From NCBI GenBank assembly GCA_049852185.1, contig CP187540.1: DNA of 64,000 bases; one strand, given 5' to 3'. The position numbers were made by a program, and so were the translations under genes. This document shows, in pieces, positions 50,546-61,554 of the stretch. The DNA comes from Methanocaldococcus sp. 28A. Lineage in GTDB: Archaea; AGJL01; Methanococci; Methanococcales; Methanocaldococcaceae. Numbering within the stretch: position 1 is the first letter of the stretch; every line of letters starts with the position of its first letter. Below the pieces are notes generated by a model that was not told where the DNA came from, made no database searches, and saw only the letters and a list, made by a program, of their open reading frames with translations.

Positions 50546-51130
50546 CAGCTCTTTTAGTTTTTCATAAACTCTCTTTTCAACATTCTCATATATACTATTT
50601 CCATGGCTGTCCATTGCTACAATTAATGGACCAAAATTATTAACTTCCAATTCCCAAACAGCTTCTGGCATTCCTAACTCTTCTAAGAAATATACATTAT
50701 TAACTTTTTTTACTGAATTAGCTAATAAAGCAGCACAACCTCCGGGAGCTGCTAAATATACTGTTCCAAAATCTTCAAAAGTTTTTAATAACTCTTTTTT
50801 CATCCCTCCCTTTCCAACAATTGCAGAGATATTTGTCAATTTTATAAATTCACCTTCTAAATCATTCATTCTTGCAGATGTCGTTGGACCTATAGAAACA
50901 CAAACCCACTCTTCATTTACTTTTTTCATTATAGGGCCGGCATGGTAAATGATAGCTTCATTTAAATTAAAAGGTAGTTTTTCATTGTTTTTTATCATCT
51001 CTATGATTTTTAGATGAGCTTCATCTCTTGCCGTGTATATCTTACCGTTTAAATAAACTATATCTCCAACTTTTAACTTTCTGACATCCTTTTTTGTTAG
51101 TCCATTAAACACATACTCCAAAATTTCCAC
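50537..51130 (-). CDS. Fe-S hydro-lyase (fumarate/tartrate) beta subunit
   Basis: TARDEAH, GPTTSARM, LGMPEAVW, MDSHG. Confidence 0.9.
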   Translation of the reverse strand: MEILEYVFNGLTKKDVRKLKVGDIVYLNGKIYTARDEAHLKIIEMIKNNEKLPFNLNEAIIYHAGPIMKKVNEEWVCVSIGPTTSARMNDLEGEFIKLTNISAIVGKGGMKKELLKTFEDFGTVYLAAPGGCAALLANSVKKVNNVYFLEELGMPEAVWELEVNNFGPLIVAMDSHGNSIYENVEKRVYEKLKELLK

Positions 51131-51236
51131 CTCTCTACATGACTTATTTTTATAATTTTGACCATAATTTATTTATAATTAATATTATTGAAAAACTAAA
51201 TTAAACATTTAGACAAACTCTTTTTTGGTGGTAGCA

Positions 51237-51710
51237 ATGATATGTATAATAATGGGTAGTGAGAGTGATTTAAAAATAGCTGAAAAGGCTGTTAATGTTT
51301 TAAAAGAGTTTGGTGTAGAGTTTGAGGTTAGAGTAGCCTCTGCTCATAGAACTCCAGAGTTGGTTGAAGAGATTGTTAAAAATTCAAAAGCAGATGTTTT
51401 CATAGCAATAGCTGGATTAGCCGCTCATTTACCAGGAGTTATAGCAAGTTTAACAACAAAGCCAGTTATTGCTGTCCCAGTTGATGCAAAGTTAGATGGT
51501 TTAGATGCTTTATTAAGTATAGTTCAAATGCCTCCTGGAATTCCTGTTGCAGGTGTAGGAATTGATAGAGGAGAAAACGCTGCTATATTAGCTTTAGAGA
51601 TTTTAGCTCTAAAAGATGAAAATATTTCAAAAAAATTAGCTGAATATAGAGAAAAGATGAAGAAAAAAGTTTATGAATCAGATGAAAAGGTTAGAGAAAT
51701 GTTTAAATAA
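51237..51710 (+). CDS. purE: N5-CAIR mutase / AIR carboxylase
   Basis: [25 protein letters not shown]. Confidence 0.95.
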   Translation: MICIIMGSESDLKIAEKAVNVLKEFGVEFEVRVASAHRTPELVEEIVKNSKADVFIAIAGLAAHLPGVIASLTTKPVIAVPVDAKLDGLDALLSIVQMPPGIPVAGVGIDRGENAAILALEILALKDENISKKLAEYREKMKKKVYESDEKVREMFK

Positions 51711-51779
51711 CTATAACCATTAAATTTTTATGTTATAATGTTGCTAATAATCAATTGACAGAGATAGAGAGGGATTTAC

Positions 51780-52430
51780 ATGCAGAGAGTGAATCCAACA
51801 AGAATGGAATTATTAAAATTAAAAAATAAAATTAAATTGGCTGAAAAAGGTCATAAACTGCTTAAGCAGAAAAGAGATGCTTTAATTATGGAATTCTTCC
51901 AAATCATAGAGCAAGCTTCAGATTTGAGAGAAAAAGTTGAGACAAAGTTAGCTGAAGCTTACAAAGATTTAATAATGGCTCAAACAGTTATGGGAACTTT
52001 GGCAGTTAAAGAAGCTTCCTTAGCTGCAAAGAATGATAAGTTAGAGGTTGATATGGATACAAAGAATATTATGGGTGTCACTGTTCCTACTTTTGAGATA
52101 TACAACGTTAGAAGAAAAGTTGGGGAGAGAGGTTATTCTCCTTACGGTGTTAGCTCAAAATTAGATGAGGCTGCTAAGAAATTTGAAGAAGCTTTAGAAT
52201 TAATAACAGAATTAGCCGAAATAGAGACATCAATTAAACTCTTAGCTGAAGAGATTATTACAACAAAGAGAAGAGTTAATGCCTTAGAGTATGTTATAAT
52301 TCCAAGATTAAAAGCTCTCAAGAAATACATTTCTATGAGATTGGATGAAATGGAAAGAGAGAACTTCTTCAGATTGAAGTTGATTAAATCAAGAATTGAA
52401 AAAAGAGAATCTGAAGGTGAGACTGTATAA
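51780..52430 (+). CDS. atpD: A/V-type ATP synthase subunit D
   Basis: [31 protein letters not shown]. Confidence 0.95.
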   Translation: MQRVNPTRMELLKLKNKIKLAEKGHKLLKQKRDALIMEFFQIIEQASDLREKVETKLAEAYKDLIMAQTVMGTLAVKEASLAAKNDKLEVDMDTKNIMGVTVPTFEIYNVRRKVGERGYSPYGVSSKLDEAAKKFEEALELITELAEIETSIKLLAEEIITTKRRVNALEYVIIPRLKALKKYISMRLDEMERENFFRLKLIKSRIEKRESEGETV

Positions 52431-52480
52431 ATGAATTAAAATAAAAGCCAATAATAATTTTCTTATTTTTGGTGATGTTT

Positions 52481-52867
52481 ATGGTATTTAGAATACTTGG
52501 AAGGATGAGCGAAATAGAGAAGGAAATTAGAGAGGAAGAATTAAAATATGATTTAAAAATTAAAAATGAAGCAAAAATTAAACCAATAGTTGCAGATGAA
52601 GACAAAGAATTTAAGCAAGGAGACATAAAACCAATAAGAGTTAAAAAGATTAAAATACCACCAATGTCAGTTCTTTTAATCTGTCCTTATGGAAGGCATA
52701 GAGTAGGGCATGTTATAGCTGTTGGGGAAGAAGTTCCAATGCCTATAGAAGCTGAAAGAGAGGTAGATATGGCTACTTTTGCTTGTGGATTTGATGGTGA
52801 GGTAAAGAAAGGAGATTTAATTGGAATGTTACTTATAGTTGCAGCTGAAAAGAGAGAATGTAAATAA
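52481..52867 (+). CDS. DUF22 family protein
   Basis: Methanogen-type small beta protein; CPYGRH, DGEVKKGDLIG. Confidence 0.65.
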   Translation: MVFRILGRMSEIEKEIREEELKYDLKIKNEAKIKPIVADEDKEFKQGDIKPIRVKKIKIPPMSVLLICPYGRHRVGHVIAVGEEVPMPIEAEREVDMATFACGFDGEVKKGDLIGMLLIVAAEKRECK

Positions 52868-52982
52868 TTCTTAAAACAAATCTTTTTTAATGTAGGGATT
52901 TTTGATTGAATAAATTTTTAAATGTCTTAATTTATTTTTACTTTTTAATAATTAATTTTATAATGTTTATTTTGGGATGCGT

Positions 52983-54017
52983 ATGGAAATGATTGACATA
53001 CTGTTAAAAAAGCTCAATAAAAATGCCGTTGTTACAGAGATTGCCAAAGACAGAGACCCTTTTAAAGTTTTAATTTCAACAATAATAAGCGCAAGAACAA
53101 AGGATGAAATTACTGAAGAGGTTTCTAAGAAATTGTTTAAAGAAGTTAGGGATGTTGAGGATTTGCTAAATATTGATGAAGAAAAATTAGCTAATTTAAT
53201 ATATCCTGCTGGATTTTATAAAACCAAAGCAAAAAATTTAAAGAAATTGGCTAAGATTTTAAAAGAAAATTATAATGGTAGAGTTCCAGATTCTTTGGAA
53301 GAGTTATTAAAGCTTCCAGGTGTTGGAAGGAAAACTGCTAATTTGGTTATAACCTTAGCTTTCAACAAAGATGGAATTTGCGTAGATACTCATGTCCATA
53401 GAATATGTAATAGATGGGAAATAGTTGATACTGAAACTCCTGAAGAGACAGAATTTGAATTAAGAAAGAATCTTCCTAAAAAATATTGGAAGGTAATAAA
53501 TAACTTATTAGTGGTTTTTGGAAGAGAGATTTGTTCTCCAAAACCAAAATGTAACAAATGCTTTGAAGAAATAAAAGATAAATGCCCTTACTATGAAAAA
53601 ATTAAACATTTTGAAAGTATTATAAAAAAATTCAATTTTAGAAAGGTATCAAAAAATAATATTCCTAATGAAAAGGGAACTTATATCCTAAAAATTAGAT
53701 TGAAAGATGGTAAAAAAATAAAATTTGGAAATAAAGAAAAATTTTTTAAGAAAGGATATTATTTCTATGTAGGCTCTGCCTTTGGAAATTCAATAAATTT
53801 AAAAAATAGGATAGAGAGGCATTTAAAAGAGTATAAAAAGATGCACTGGCATATAGATTATTTATTAAAATTTAGTAAAATTGATGATATTTTTGTTACT
53901 AATGAAAGAGTTGAATGTGAAGTTGCTAATGAATTTATAAAAAAATTTAATTTTATTGAGGGATTTGGATGCACTGACTGTAAATGTAAAAGCCATTTAT
54001 TCTATTTAAAACCATAG
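52983..54017 (+). CDS. nth: Endonuclease III with C-terminal DUF123/GIY-YIG domain
   Basis: Hh[18 protein letters not shown], Fe-S Cys cluster; [28 protein letters not shown]. Confidence 0.9.
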   Translation: MEMIDILLKKLNKNAVVTEIAKDRDPFKVLISTIISARTKDEITEEVSKKLFKEVRDVEDLLNIDEEKLANLIYPAGFYKTKAKNLKKLAKILKENYNGRVPDSLEELLKLPGVGRKTANLVITLAFNKDGICVDTHVHRICNRWEIVDTETPEETEFELRKNLPKKYWKVINNLLVVFGREICSPKPKCNKCFEEIKDKCPYYEKIKHFESIIKKFNFRKVSKNNIPNEKGTYILKIRLKDGKKIKFGNKEKFFKKGYYFYVGSAFGNSINLKNRIERHLKEYKKMHWHIDYLLKFSKIDDIFVTNERVECEVANEFIKKFNFIEGFGCTDCKCKSHLFYLKP

Positions 54018-54028
54018 AAATTTAACAA

Positions 54029-54122
54029 ATAGTTTTTTGCAAAAGTAGTTAAATAAGGAAAGGTTGAACGTCTTCTTTTAAGTAAGGGCTTATATTATTC
54101 CAAAATGTTTTGAAAAACCTTA
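54029..54122. repeat. Family B repeat, highly degenerate
   Basis: ATAGTTTTTTGCAAAA...GAACGTCTTC...GTTTTGAAAAAC. Confidence 0.45.
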
Positions 54123-54127
54123 ATTGT

Positions 54128-54520
54128 TTATTCTTTAACTGCTTTCTTTTTAAACTTCTCAAATAATTCAATAATTTTTTCATCTTTTTTAACTTTTTTC
54201 TTTGGTTTTTTAGCTAAATACTTTTTCCAACCCTCCCTTGGTCTAAATAAAGTTATAACATGCCCCACTACACTAACAACCTCTGCATCACATGCCTTAG
54301 ATAGCTTTTCAGCAATTTCTTGTTTATCTTCATATAACAATGCAGCTTTTCTAACCTTAACCTTTATCAAACCTCTATCTTTTAACTGTCTATCTACTTC
54401 TTTAATAACCTTCTCACTACCTTCTTTTCCAACCCATACAACAGGTTCTAAATGATGAGCCTTAGCTCTAAGCATTCTTTTCATTTTTCCTGTAAGTTTT
54501 CTTTTTTGTTCATCTGTCAT
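54128..54520 (-). CDS. yhbY: YhbY/CRM RNA-binding protein
   Basis: LRAKAHHLEPVVWVGKEG, LIKVKV, VGHVITLFR. Confidence 0.9.
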   Translation of the reverse strand: MTDEQKRKLTGKMKRMLRAKAHHLEPVVWVGKEGSEKVIKEVDRQLKDRGLIKVKVRKAALLYEDKQEIAEKLSKACDAEVVSVVGHVITLFRPREGWKKYLAKKPKKKVKKDEKIIELFEKFKKKAVKE

Positions 54521-54571
54521 AAATCTCACCAACAAAATAGTTTTAATAATTTAATATATTTTTTTATTTTT

Positions 54572-57109
54572 TTATTTCTTTCCTTTCTCTTTCATTGAAA
54601 TGAATTCCATAACTTTCTTATGCAACTCTACTATCATTTTCTTCTTATCATCCATAAACACTATATCTGATGAAGCTGAAACAACCAAATTAAATGCAAA
54701 TGGCGAAGGTGAAGGCAACTCTAAATAATAAATTTTTCTTTTTTTATTTTTAATTTTTTTAAAATAATCTAAAGCATTGGCTATATCTAAGCTATCCTCT
54801 AAAATTTCTCTCAAAGTTTCTCTATATAAAGGGTGATTAACCTCTTTGCAGTATTTTAAAAGTATTTCTGCATTAAATTGCTGTCTATCAACGCTAATTT
54901 TTCTATTCATATATTTTCTCAAAATCATAAAGCCCCTTGTAGCAACATGCCTAAACCTTCTCTTTAAAATTTCACTCCTCTCTATACTTTCTTTTACATT
55001 TTTAACAATATCTAAATTGAAGAGTTCAGTTAGTTCACTTCTTTTTATCTTTCTGTTTTTGGGCAGTATTAAGGCAAATCCATAATCATTTATTGAAATT
55101 CTAACATTACATTTCTTTATTTTTGATATATAATTAGCGAAAGCTCTTGCTAATGCTTCATTAGCCTTCCTCCCAGCTACAAAGTGGAATATATAATATC
55201 TTCTCTTTTCCTCATCAAAACTCTCTATTAGCATTTTCTCATCATCAGGCACTATTGCAAAGCTATTCTGCTCCTCTATATAATTTTTAATAGCCTTAGC
55301 TGTTTTTTCATCTATGTCATATTTTTTCATAATATGCTCAATATCCGCATCTAAAACTTCTTTCCTAAATTTTTCTATATCCAATGCCAAATCATAAGCT
55401 AATGGCAACTGCTCAGAAAACCACGCTGGAATAGTAGGTTTTTCATCAAAAACTTCCTTAACTCTTATTTTATTCCCCTTACCTCCTAAATATTTATATG
55501 TTTTTCCTCCTAAGACGAAGATATCTCCTTTCATCAACTTTTCAGCAAACTCCTCTTCAACCTCTCCAATATATCTATTATTTTCATATACTGCCACTGA
55601 TGTTTCATCAGGAATAGTTCCAACGTTCATATAGTATATAGCTCTAACTGATTTCCCTCTCTTTCCAAATTTGTTATCTTTAAGCCAAATCTTTGCATAG
55701 ACATTTTTCTCCTCTATACCTCCAGCTAAGTAATTTAAAACATCTAAGAAATCTTCTTTACTTAAATCTTTATATGGATAGGCTTTTTTAATTAAATTAT
55801 ACGCCTCCTCAATATCCCAAACTTTCTCTAATGCCATTCCAACCAAATGTTGAGCTAAAACATCCAAACAGTTTTTTGGAATATGAACTCTATCAATTCT
55901 TCCAGTTTTTGCGTTATAAGCTAAAACAACATTCTCTATCAAATCATCCCTATCAAATGGAATTATAATTCCTTTACTTTTCTCATGCAATCTATGCCCA
56001 CTTCTACCAATTCTTTGTAAAGCTCTTGAAACACTTTTAGGTGAGCCTAACAAAATAACCAAGTCAATACTTCCAATATCAATACCTAATTCTAATGATG
56101 TTGAGCTAATAACACATTTCAGTTCTCCTTTTTTTAATTTCTCCTCAACTTCTAACCTATGCTCTCTACTTAAAGATGAGTGATGAGTCTCAACTTTTTT
56201 AACTCCTAACTGCTTTAAATGAAATGCAACTCTCTCAGTAGCACTTCTTGTGTTTGTAAATATTAAGGTTGTTTTATGCTCTTCTATGAGTTTTTTTAAT
56301 AAGCTATAGAGCTTTTTACTAATCTCCTCTGAAGGTGTGTAGATAAAATCATCAACAGGAGAAATAACCTTTATTCCAATCTCTTTTTTATAACTAACAT
56401 CTACAATATAGCAATCCCTATCATTACCTACTAAAAATTTGGCAACTTCAGTTAATGGATGAATAGTTGCTGATAAACCAATTCTTATAAAATTGGCAAT
56501 TCTATTCAACCTTTCTAAAGAAAGTGAGAGATGAACTCCTCTTTTATTTGTTAAAGCATGGATTTCATCAACTATTACATATTTAATTCCTTCTAACAAT
56601 TTTGAGAATTTTGGTGAGTTTAGAGCTATAGCCAAGGATTCTGGAGTAGTTATTAAAATGTGGGGTGGTTTTTTTAGCATTTTTTGCTTTTGTGAGCTTG
56701 TTGTATCACTTGTCCTTACAGCCACCCTAATCTCATCCAACTCTATATTTAGCTCTTTAGCAACTTCATAAATTTCTTTTAATGGCTCTTTTAGGTTTCT
56801 TTCAATATCATTATTTAGTGCCCTTAATGGTGAGACATATAAAATATATATCCTATCTTCCAATTTATTTTCCATTGATAATTTTATCAACTCATTTATT
56901 CCTGCTAAAAAAGCTGATAATGTCTTTCCACTCCCAGTTGGTGAGCAAATTAAAACATTCTTCCCTTCATGAATTTCTTTAATAGCATATCTTTGTGGTG
57001 GTGTAAAGGTTTTATACTTTTTTTTAAACCATTCTTTTACAGGTTCTTCTAAGATTTTATAAATTTCTTCATCAGAATACTCTTTTTTTAAGTATTCTAC
57101 TCTTCCCAT
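54572..57109 (-). CDS. lhr: Lhr-family ATP-dependent helicase
   Basis: SPTGSGKT, TTPESL, DEIH, SAT, QRIGRSGH. Confidence 0.9.
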   Translation of the reverse strand: MGRVEYLKKEYSDEEIYKILEEPVKEWFKKKYKTFTPPQRYAIKEIHEGKNVLICSPTGSGKTLSAFLAGINELIKLSMENKLEDRIYILYVSPLRALNNDIERNLKEPLKEIYEVAKELNIELDEIRVAVRTSDTTSSQKQKMLKKPPHILITTPESLAIALNSPKFSKLLEGIKYVIVDEIHALTNKRGVHLSLSLERLNRIANFIRIGLSATIHPLTEVAKFLVGNDRDCYIVDVSYKKEIGIKVISPVDDFIYTPSEEISKKLYSLLKKLIEEHKTTLIFTNTRSATERVAFHLKQLGVKKVETHHSSLSREHRLEVEEKLKKGELKCVISSTSLELGIDIGSIDLVILLGSPKSVSRALQRIGRSGHRLHEKSKGIIIPFDRDDLIENVVLAYNAKTGRIDRVHIPKNCLDVLAQHLVGMALEKVWDIEEAYNLIKKAYPYKDLSKEDFLDVLNYLAGGIEEKNVYAKIWLKDNKFGKRGKSVRAIYYMNVGTIPDETSVAVYENNRYIGEVEEEFAEKLMKGDIFVLGGKTYKYLGGKGNKIRVKEVFDEKPTIPAWFSEQLPLAYDLALDIEKFRKEVLDADIEHIMKKYDIDEKTAKAIKNYIEEQNSFAIVPDDEKMLIESFDEEKRRYYIFHFVAGRKANEALARAFANYISKIKKCNVRISINDYGFALILPKNRKIKRSELTELFNLDIVKNVKESIERSEILKRRFRHVATRGFMILRKYMNRKISVDRQQFNAEILLKYCKEVNHPLYRETLREILEDSLDIANALDYFKKIKNKKRKIYYLELPSPSPFAFNLVVSASSDIVFMDDKKKMIVELHKKVMEFISMKEKGKK

Positions 57110-57120
57110 TATCTCCCAGT

Positions 57121-57218
57121 ATATGTTGTGTGCAAAACTATTTTAAATAAAATTAAAGAAATAAGAAGGTATTCAAATTGTCCTTATAAAAGATTATTTT
57201 ATTTTACACAAAACTATA
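57121..57218. repeat. Family B repeat (opposite orientation, internally deleted)
   Basis: GTTGTGTGCAAAACTAT ... TTTTACACAAAACTATA. Confidence 0.65.
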
Positions 57219-57238
57219 AATAATCTGAGGTGAAATTT

Positions 57239-57802
57239 ATGATAAAACTTCTATATGAAGGAATTTTAATCAGAGAAAATGGGATAATTAAGAAAGCTTC
57301 ATCTTCATCAACGTTAATTATTACAGACTACAACAATATAATTGTTGATACTTCAACAAAAGATATGGAAAATATTATTATTAAAGGTTTATCTGAACTG
57401 AATCTATCTCCAAATGATATAGATGTAGTTATAAATACACATCTCCATTATGACCACATAGAAAACAATTCAATATTTAAAAACGCTACATTTTATGCCT
57501 CACCAAAAGAGTTTGGATTTAATGATAATTTTGAAGATTTTAAAAAATTTAGAGATAAAGAAATTGAGATTATTGAAACTCCTGGACATACTTATGGTAG
57601 TATTTCAGTAATTTATAAAGATTATATTATTGTTGGAGATGCTGCCCCTCTAAAAAATAATATTCTAAAAATGATTCCTCCAAGGTTAAATGTAGATGAA
57701 AAATTAGCTTTAGAGAGTTTAAAAAAGATTAGAGAGCTTAGAAAAAATGTAATTACAGGACATGAAGGAATTGTTTATAAAGAAGAGCTTATTTTATATT
57801 AA
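57239..57802 (+). CDS. MBL-fold metallo-hydrolase
   Basis: THLHYDH, TPGHT, GD, GH. Confidence 0.88.
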   Translation: MIKLLYEGILIRENGIIKKASSSSTLIITDYNNIIVDTSTKDMENIIIKGLSELNLSPNDIDVVINTHLHYDHIENNSIFKNATFYASPKEFGFNDNFEDFKKFRDKEIEIIETPGHTYGSISVIYKDYIIVGDAAPLKNNILKMIPPRLNVDEKLALESLKKIRELRKNVITGHEGIVYKEELILY

Positions 57803-57817
57803 TTGTTTTTTCTGTAA

Positions 57818-58978
57818 TTATTCTACATCTCCTCTATCTTTTCTTGTGATTCCTCCTTCTTCTATCAACTCTAAACCTTCTAAAGGAATAAATCTATCTT
57901 CCAATGCTTCTAAGACCTTTGGAACTGTTGTGTATTCCATCATTGTTGCAGGTAATCTGTGTGGTTGGAATGGTCCCATTCTTCTTATAATGTCTGCCAT
58001 CTCTAAAGCTTTCTCTCTTGCTTTATCAAAGCCCTTATCTGCAAATAAGTCATTTGGTCCAATTAACATTCCATCACAAACTTGGAATCCAAGAGCAATA
58101 ATTCTTGCTGGCCCATCAAATCTTGTAGGAGTTGCATCTTCTTCTCCAACTGGCATTAACGGCCCCCAATGGCTACCTCTCATCCATCCTGGAACAAAAT
58201 GTGGGTTAGCAAATGGCTCTAAAACTTCTCCAACAGCTGGGAATCCACTCTGAGCTCTAACAATAGCTACTGGGTCATCTTTACCAACATACTCTCCAGC
58301 TATGTAGTTTAATTTTTCAGTGCTAACCACAGCAGCTATTTCATTATCTCTTCTTCTATAAACTCTTTTAATTGCATACTTCTCATAATCTCCAATTAAA
58401 GCTAAGAGCATATACATCTCTTCTGGTGTATCTAAAAAGACCTTTTTATGTCCAACAACATCATGAACTTCAAATCTAAATCCTGAAATCATTGAAGGGT
58501 CGAAAACTAAACCAGCTGTGTTGAATGGGTCTGCAAACATCTTAAATAATGGATAGTTAAAAGCTGTTGGGTCTGTTTTATCGCAACAGAATACAACTAT
58601 TGGCTCACTTTTCCTCTCAACAAATTCTATCTCTGCACATCCTGGACCCATTCCTCTAACGTTTCCTGAAAAGCTATCAGATAATAAATCTTGCCCTGCT
58701 CCATATAATTTTAACTCTTTAGCTATTTTTGTTGCTTCTTCAAAAGCTTTCCACGCCAAACCATGAACTTTTTCATTATCACAACCTAATTTATGGCTCA
58801 TAATTAAATCAATGTCATCCCCACATCTTGTAACGTAATAATCTAATATTATCTCATCAACTGCTTCCTCTAAAACCGCCTCACATGCCTCTAATAACTC
58901 GTCTGGAGCTAATGTATGCCCACACAATCCTCCAACATCTGCCTTTATAACACTGATTGTTATTTTATTATTTTCCAT
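57818..58978 (-). CDS. fbp: Fructose-1,6-bisphosphate aldolase/phosphatase (class V)
   Basis: KADVGG, GDD, YGAGQD, DPFNTAG, YVGKDDP, GWMRGSH, MEYT. Confidence 0.95.
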   Translation of the reverse strand: MENNKITISVIKADVGGLCGHTLAPDELLEACEAVLEEAVDEIILDYYVTRCGDDIDLIMSHKLGCDNEKVHGLAWKAFEEATKIAKELKLYGAGQDLLSDSFSGNVRGMGPGCAEIEFVERKSEPIVVFCCDKTDPTAFNYPLFKMFADPFNTAGLVFDPSMISGFRFEVHDVVGHKKVFLDTPEEMYMLLALIGDYEKYAIKRVYRRRDNEIAAVVSTEKLNYIAGEYVGKDDPVAIVRAQSGFPAVGEVLEPFANPHFVPGWMRGSHWGPLMPVGEEDATPTRFDGPARIIALGFQVCDGMLIGPNDLFADKGFDKAREKALEMADIIRRMGPFQPHRLPATMMEYTTVPKVLEALEDRFIPLEGLELIEEGGITRKDRGDVE

Positions 58979-59146
58979 CCAAATCACCACAGAATTTTAT
59001 CATTAATATTCCTAATATTTAGATAATTAGTATATAAACTTAACTTTATTTATCTTGACAGTCTCTCTCTTCGATATTTGCACATTAACTTTATATATAG
59101 GAATTATTAGTTATTCTAATAGGGATTAAATAACATAGGTGATAAT

Positions 59147-60037
59147 ATGGACCCAAAAATAAGCTACTTTCAAACATTCATAGTTGCAAGTAAAACAAAA
59201 AGTTTTTCTAAAGCAGCTAAAAGATTAGGAATAACTCAAGGAACTGTTAGCAACCACATATCAGCACTTGAAAAATATTTTGATGCTCAGCTTTTTTTAA
59301 GGACTCCAGAAGGTGTAGATTTAACACCAGAAGGAAAGATATTTTATAAGAGGGCTGAAAAGATTTTAGATTTGTTGAATGAGGCAAAATTGTTGATGAA
59401 AGCTATACACGAAAATCCTGAAGGGATTATTAGAATCTATGCGTCTACAACCCCTGGGGAACACATTCTACCTTCAATTATTAAAGAATATAAAAGCTCA
59501 TATAAAAATGTGGATTTTGAGATTACAATAACTGACTCTGAGAGATGTTTTAAGGCATTAGATGAGGGATTAGCAGATATAGCAGCTGTTGGCTATCTAA
59601 AAAATAAGAATTATGAATATACAATTATAGGTAAGGATAGATTAGTTTTAATTGTCCCACCAAATCATCCACTTGCAGAGAAAGGTTATGCTAAGCTTGA
59701 AGATATACTTAAAGAGGACTACATAGATAGAGAAGAAGGTTCTGGAACAAGAGAGTCGTTTATTAAAGCATTAAATGAGAAAGGATATTCAATAATGGAT
59801 TTAAATGTTGTAATGAGATTAGGTAGTCATTCAGCAGTTATCACTGCGGTTTCAGAAGGTTATGGAGTTAGCGTTGTTTCCGAAATCCCAGCTAAAAAGG
59901 CAGAAGATGCTGGTTTAGTTAAAATAGTTCCAGTTGTAGATTTGGATGTTGTAAGATACCTATATTTAGTTAAAAGTAGAAGACCTAAAAATCCAAGTGC
60001 AGTTAAATCATTTTGGGAGTTTGTTACAAAAATCTAA
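59147..60037 (+). CDS. LysR-family transcriptional regulator
   Basis: SFSKAA...TQGTVS..ISALE; REEGSGTR. Confidence 0.92.
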   Translation: MDPKISYFQTFIVASKTKSFSKAAKRLGITQGTVSNHISALEKYFDAQLFLRTPEGVDLTPEGKIFYKRAEKILDLLNEAKLLMKAIHENPEGIIRIYASTTPGEHILPSIIKEYKSSYKNVDFEITITDSERCFKALDEGLADIAAVGYLKNKNYEYTIIGKDRLVLIVPPNHPLAEKGYAKLEDILKEDYIDREEGSGTRESFIKALNEKGYSIMDLNVVMRLGSHSAVITAVSEGYGVSVVSEIPAKKAEDAGLVKIVPVVDLDVVRYLYLVKSRRPKNPSAVKSFWEFVTKI

Positions 60038-60109
60038 TTTTTTATTTTATTTTAAAAAAATTTTAAAAAATTTATTTAATCTATTAGAGTAACTAAAAAA
60101 ATAGAACAA

Positions 60110-60397
60110 TTACTTTTTTCTTCTCTCAAATTCTTTCAACAATTCCTCAAACTCTATCTCTTTGTAAGCTAATAACACCATTGTATGGAATATCAAATCA
60201 GCTGCTTCATAAATAATCTCATCTTCTTTGTTATCTTTAGCTGCTAAAATCAATTCTGTAGCTTCCTCTCCAATTTTCTCACAGATTTTATTTATTGCAG
60301 GTTTTTTATCATCAGTTGTTAGCTTTGCTACATAAGAATTTTCTGGCTTTTCCTTAATTCTTTGTTTTATGGTTTCATAAACTTCTTCTAAAATCAT
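60110..60397 (-). CDS. hisE: Phosphoribosyl-ATP pyrophosphatase
   Basis: [16 protein letters not shown]. Confidence 0.93.
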   Translation of the reverse strand: MILEEVYETIKQRIKEKPENSYVAKLTTDDKKPAINKICEKIGEEATELILAAKDNKEDEIIYEAADLIFHTMVLLAYKEIEFEELLKEFERRKK

Positions 60398-60407
60398 AGG
60401 CATCCCT

Positions 60408-60824
60408 TTATTCTTCTAACGCTTTCAATCTCTTAACCATTTTAACAGCTGCTTCAACAGCCCTCTTACCATAATCTACTCTTTCTTGAGCTTGTAATCT
60501 TGTCATCCCTGGTCCTGAAATTCCGAGAGTTACTGGCTTATCATATTGTAGAGCTAAATCTGCTATTTTTCTCGCTGCATTGTGAACAACTATTTCGTCA
60601 TGCTCTGTCTCTCCTTCAATAACACATCCAATTGTTACAACTGCATCAACATCATCTTTCTCTAACAATTTTTTTACAGCTAATGGTATGTCAAAAACTC
60701 CAGGAACAACGATTTTATATTTTACAGTAGCTCCTAAAAATTCAGCATGTTCTTCAGCAACTTTTTCCATCATATATGTTATATCTCTATTAAATTCAGC
60801 AATTACAAATCCAAGATTTACCAT
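60408..60824 (-). CDS. ribH: 6,7-dimethyl-8-ribityllumazine synthase
   Basis: [19 protein letters not shown]; likely start 60824. Confidence 0.93.
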   Translation of the reverse strand: MVNLGFVIAEFNRDITYMMEKVAEEHAEFLGATVKYKIVVPGVFDIPLAVKKLLEKDDVDAVVTIGCVIEGETEHDEIVVHNAARKIADLALQYDKPVTLGISGPGMTRLQAQERVDYGKRAVEAAVKMVKRLKALEE

Positions 60825-60903
60825 ACTCCTCACCTTATACAATTTGATATCCACTTATTCATTTGAATTTAAATTATTTAAATTTTTATGCTTTTGTAGA
60901 TTG

Positions 60904-61374
60904 TTATAGCATTGCTTCAGATAATTTAACATATCTCAATGCATTTTCTTTTATACCTTTAATTTCTTCATCTGTAAGTTCTCTAACCACTCTACCAGGA
61001 ACTCCCAAAACTAAGCTATTTGGTGGAATCTCCTTATTTTGAGTGACTAATGCGTTAGCACCAATTATACAATTTTCTCCAATTTTTGTTCCATTTAATA
61101 TGGTAGCGTTCATTCCTACTAAGACATTATTCTCAATTTTACAACCATGAATAACAGCTCCATGACCTATTGACACATAATCTCCAATTATAGTAGGATA
61201 TCCTTTAGAGCAATGAACAACACAACAATCTTGAACATTTGAGTAGTTTCCAATTATTATTTTATCAACATCTCCCCTAATTACAGCATTATACCACACA
61301 GATGTATAATCTCCAATACTTACATCTCCAACAATTACAGCCCCTTTAGCTATTCTTGCATTTTTTGAAATCAT
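60904..61374 (-). CDS. Gamma carbonic anhydrase family protein
   Basis: Hexapeptide repeats, RGD, NVQD..VH, GHGAVIHG. Confidence 0.9.
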   Translation of the reverse strand: MISKNARIAKGAVIVGDVSIGDYTSVWYNAVIRGDVDKIIIGNYSNVQDCCVVHCSKGYPTIIGDYVSIGHGAVIHGCKIENNVLVGMNATILNGTKIGENCIIGANALVTQNKEIPPNSLVLGVPGRVVRELTDEEIKGIKENALRYVKLSEAML

Positions 61375-61412
61375 TATTCCACCACCAGAAGTTTTAAAAA
61401 TAATGGACTTTA

Positions 61413-61523
61413 TATAGTATTGTGCAAAATAGACTAACTTTATAAAGAATATTTAAATGGCCTCCAAAAGGAAGTCCTTCATTAATGCCTTATTTATTAT
61501 ACTCACTTTTGCACAATACTATA
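61413..61523. repeat. Family B repeat
   Basis: Perfect 17-bp TIR TATAGTATTGTGCAAAA / TTTTGCACAATACTATA. Confidence 0.85.
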
Positions 61524-61554
61524 ATTTATTAAAAATTATTATCTGATGATATTT

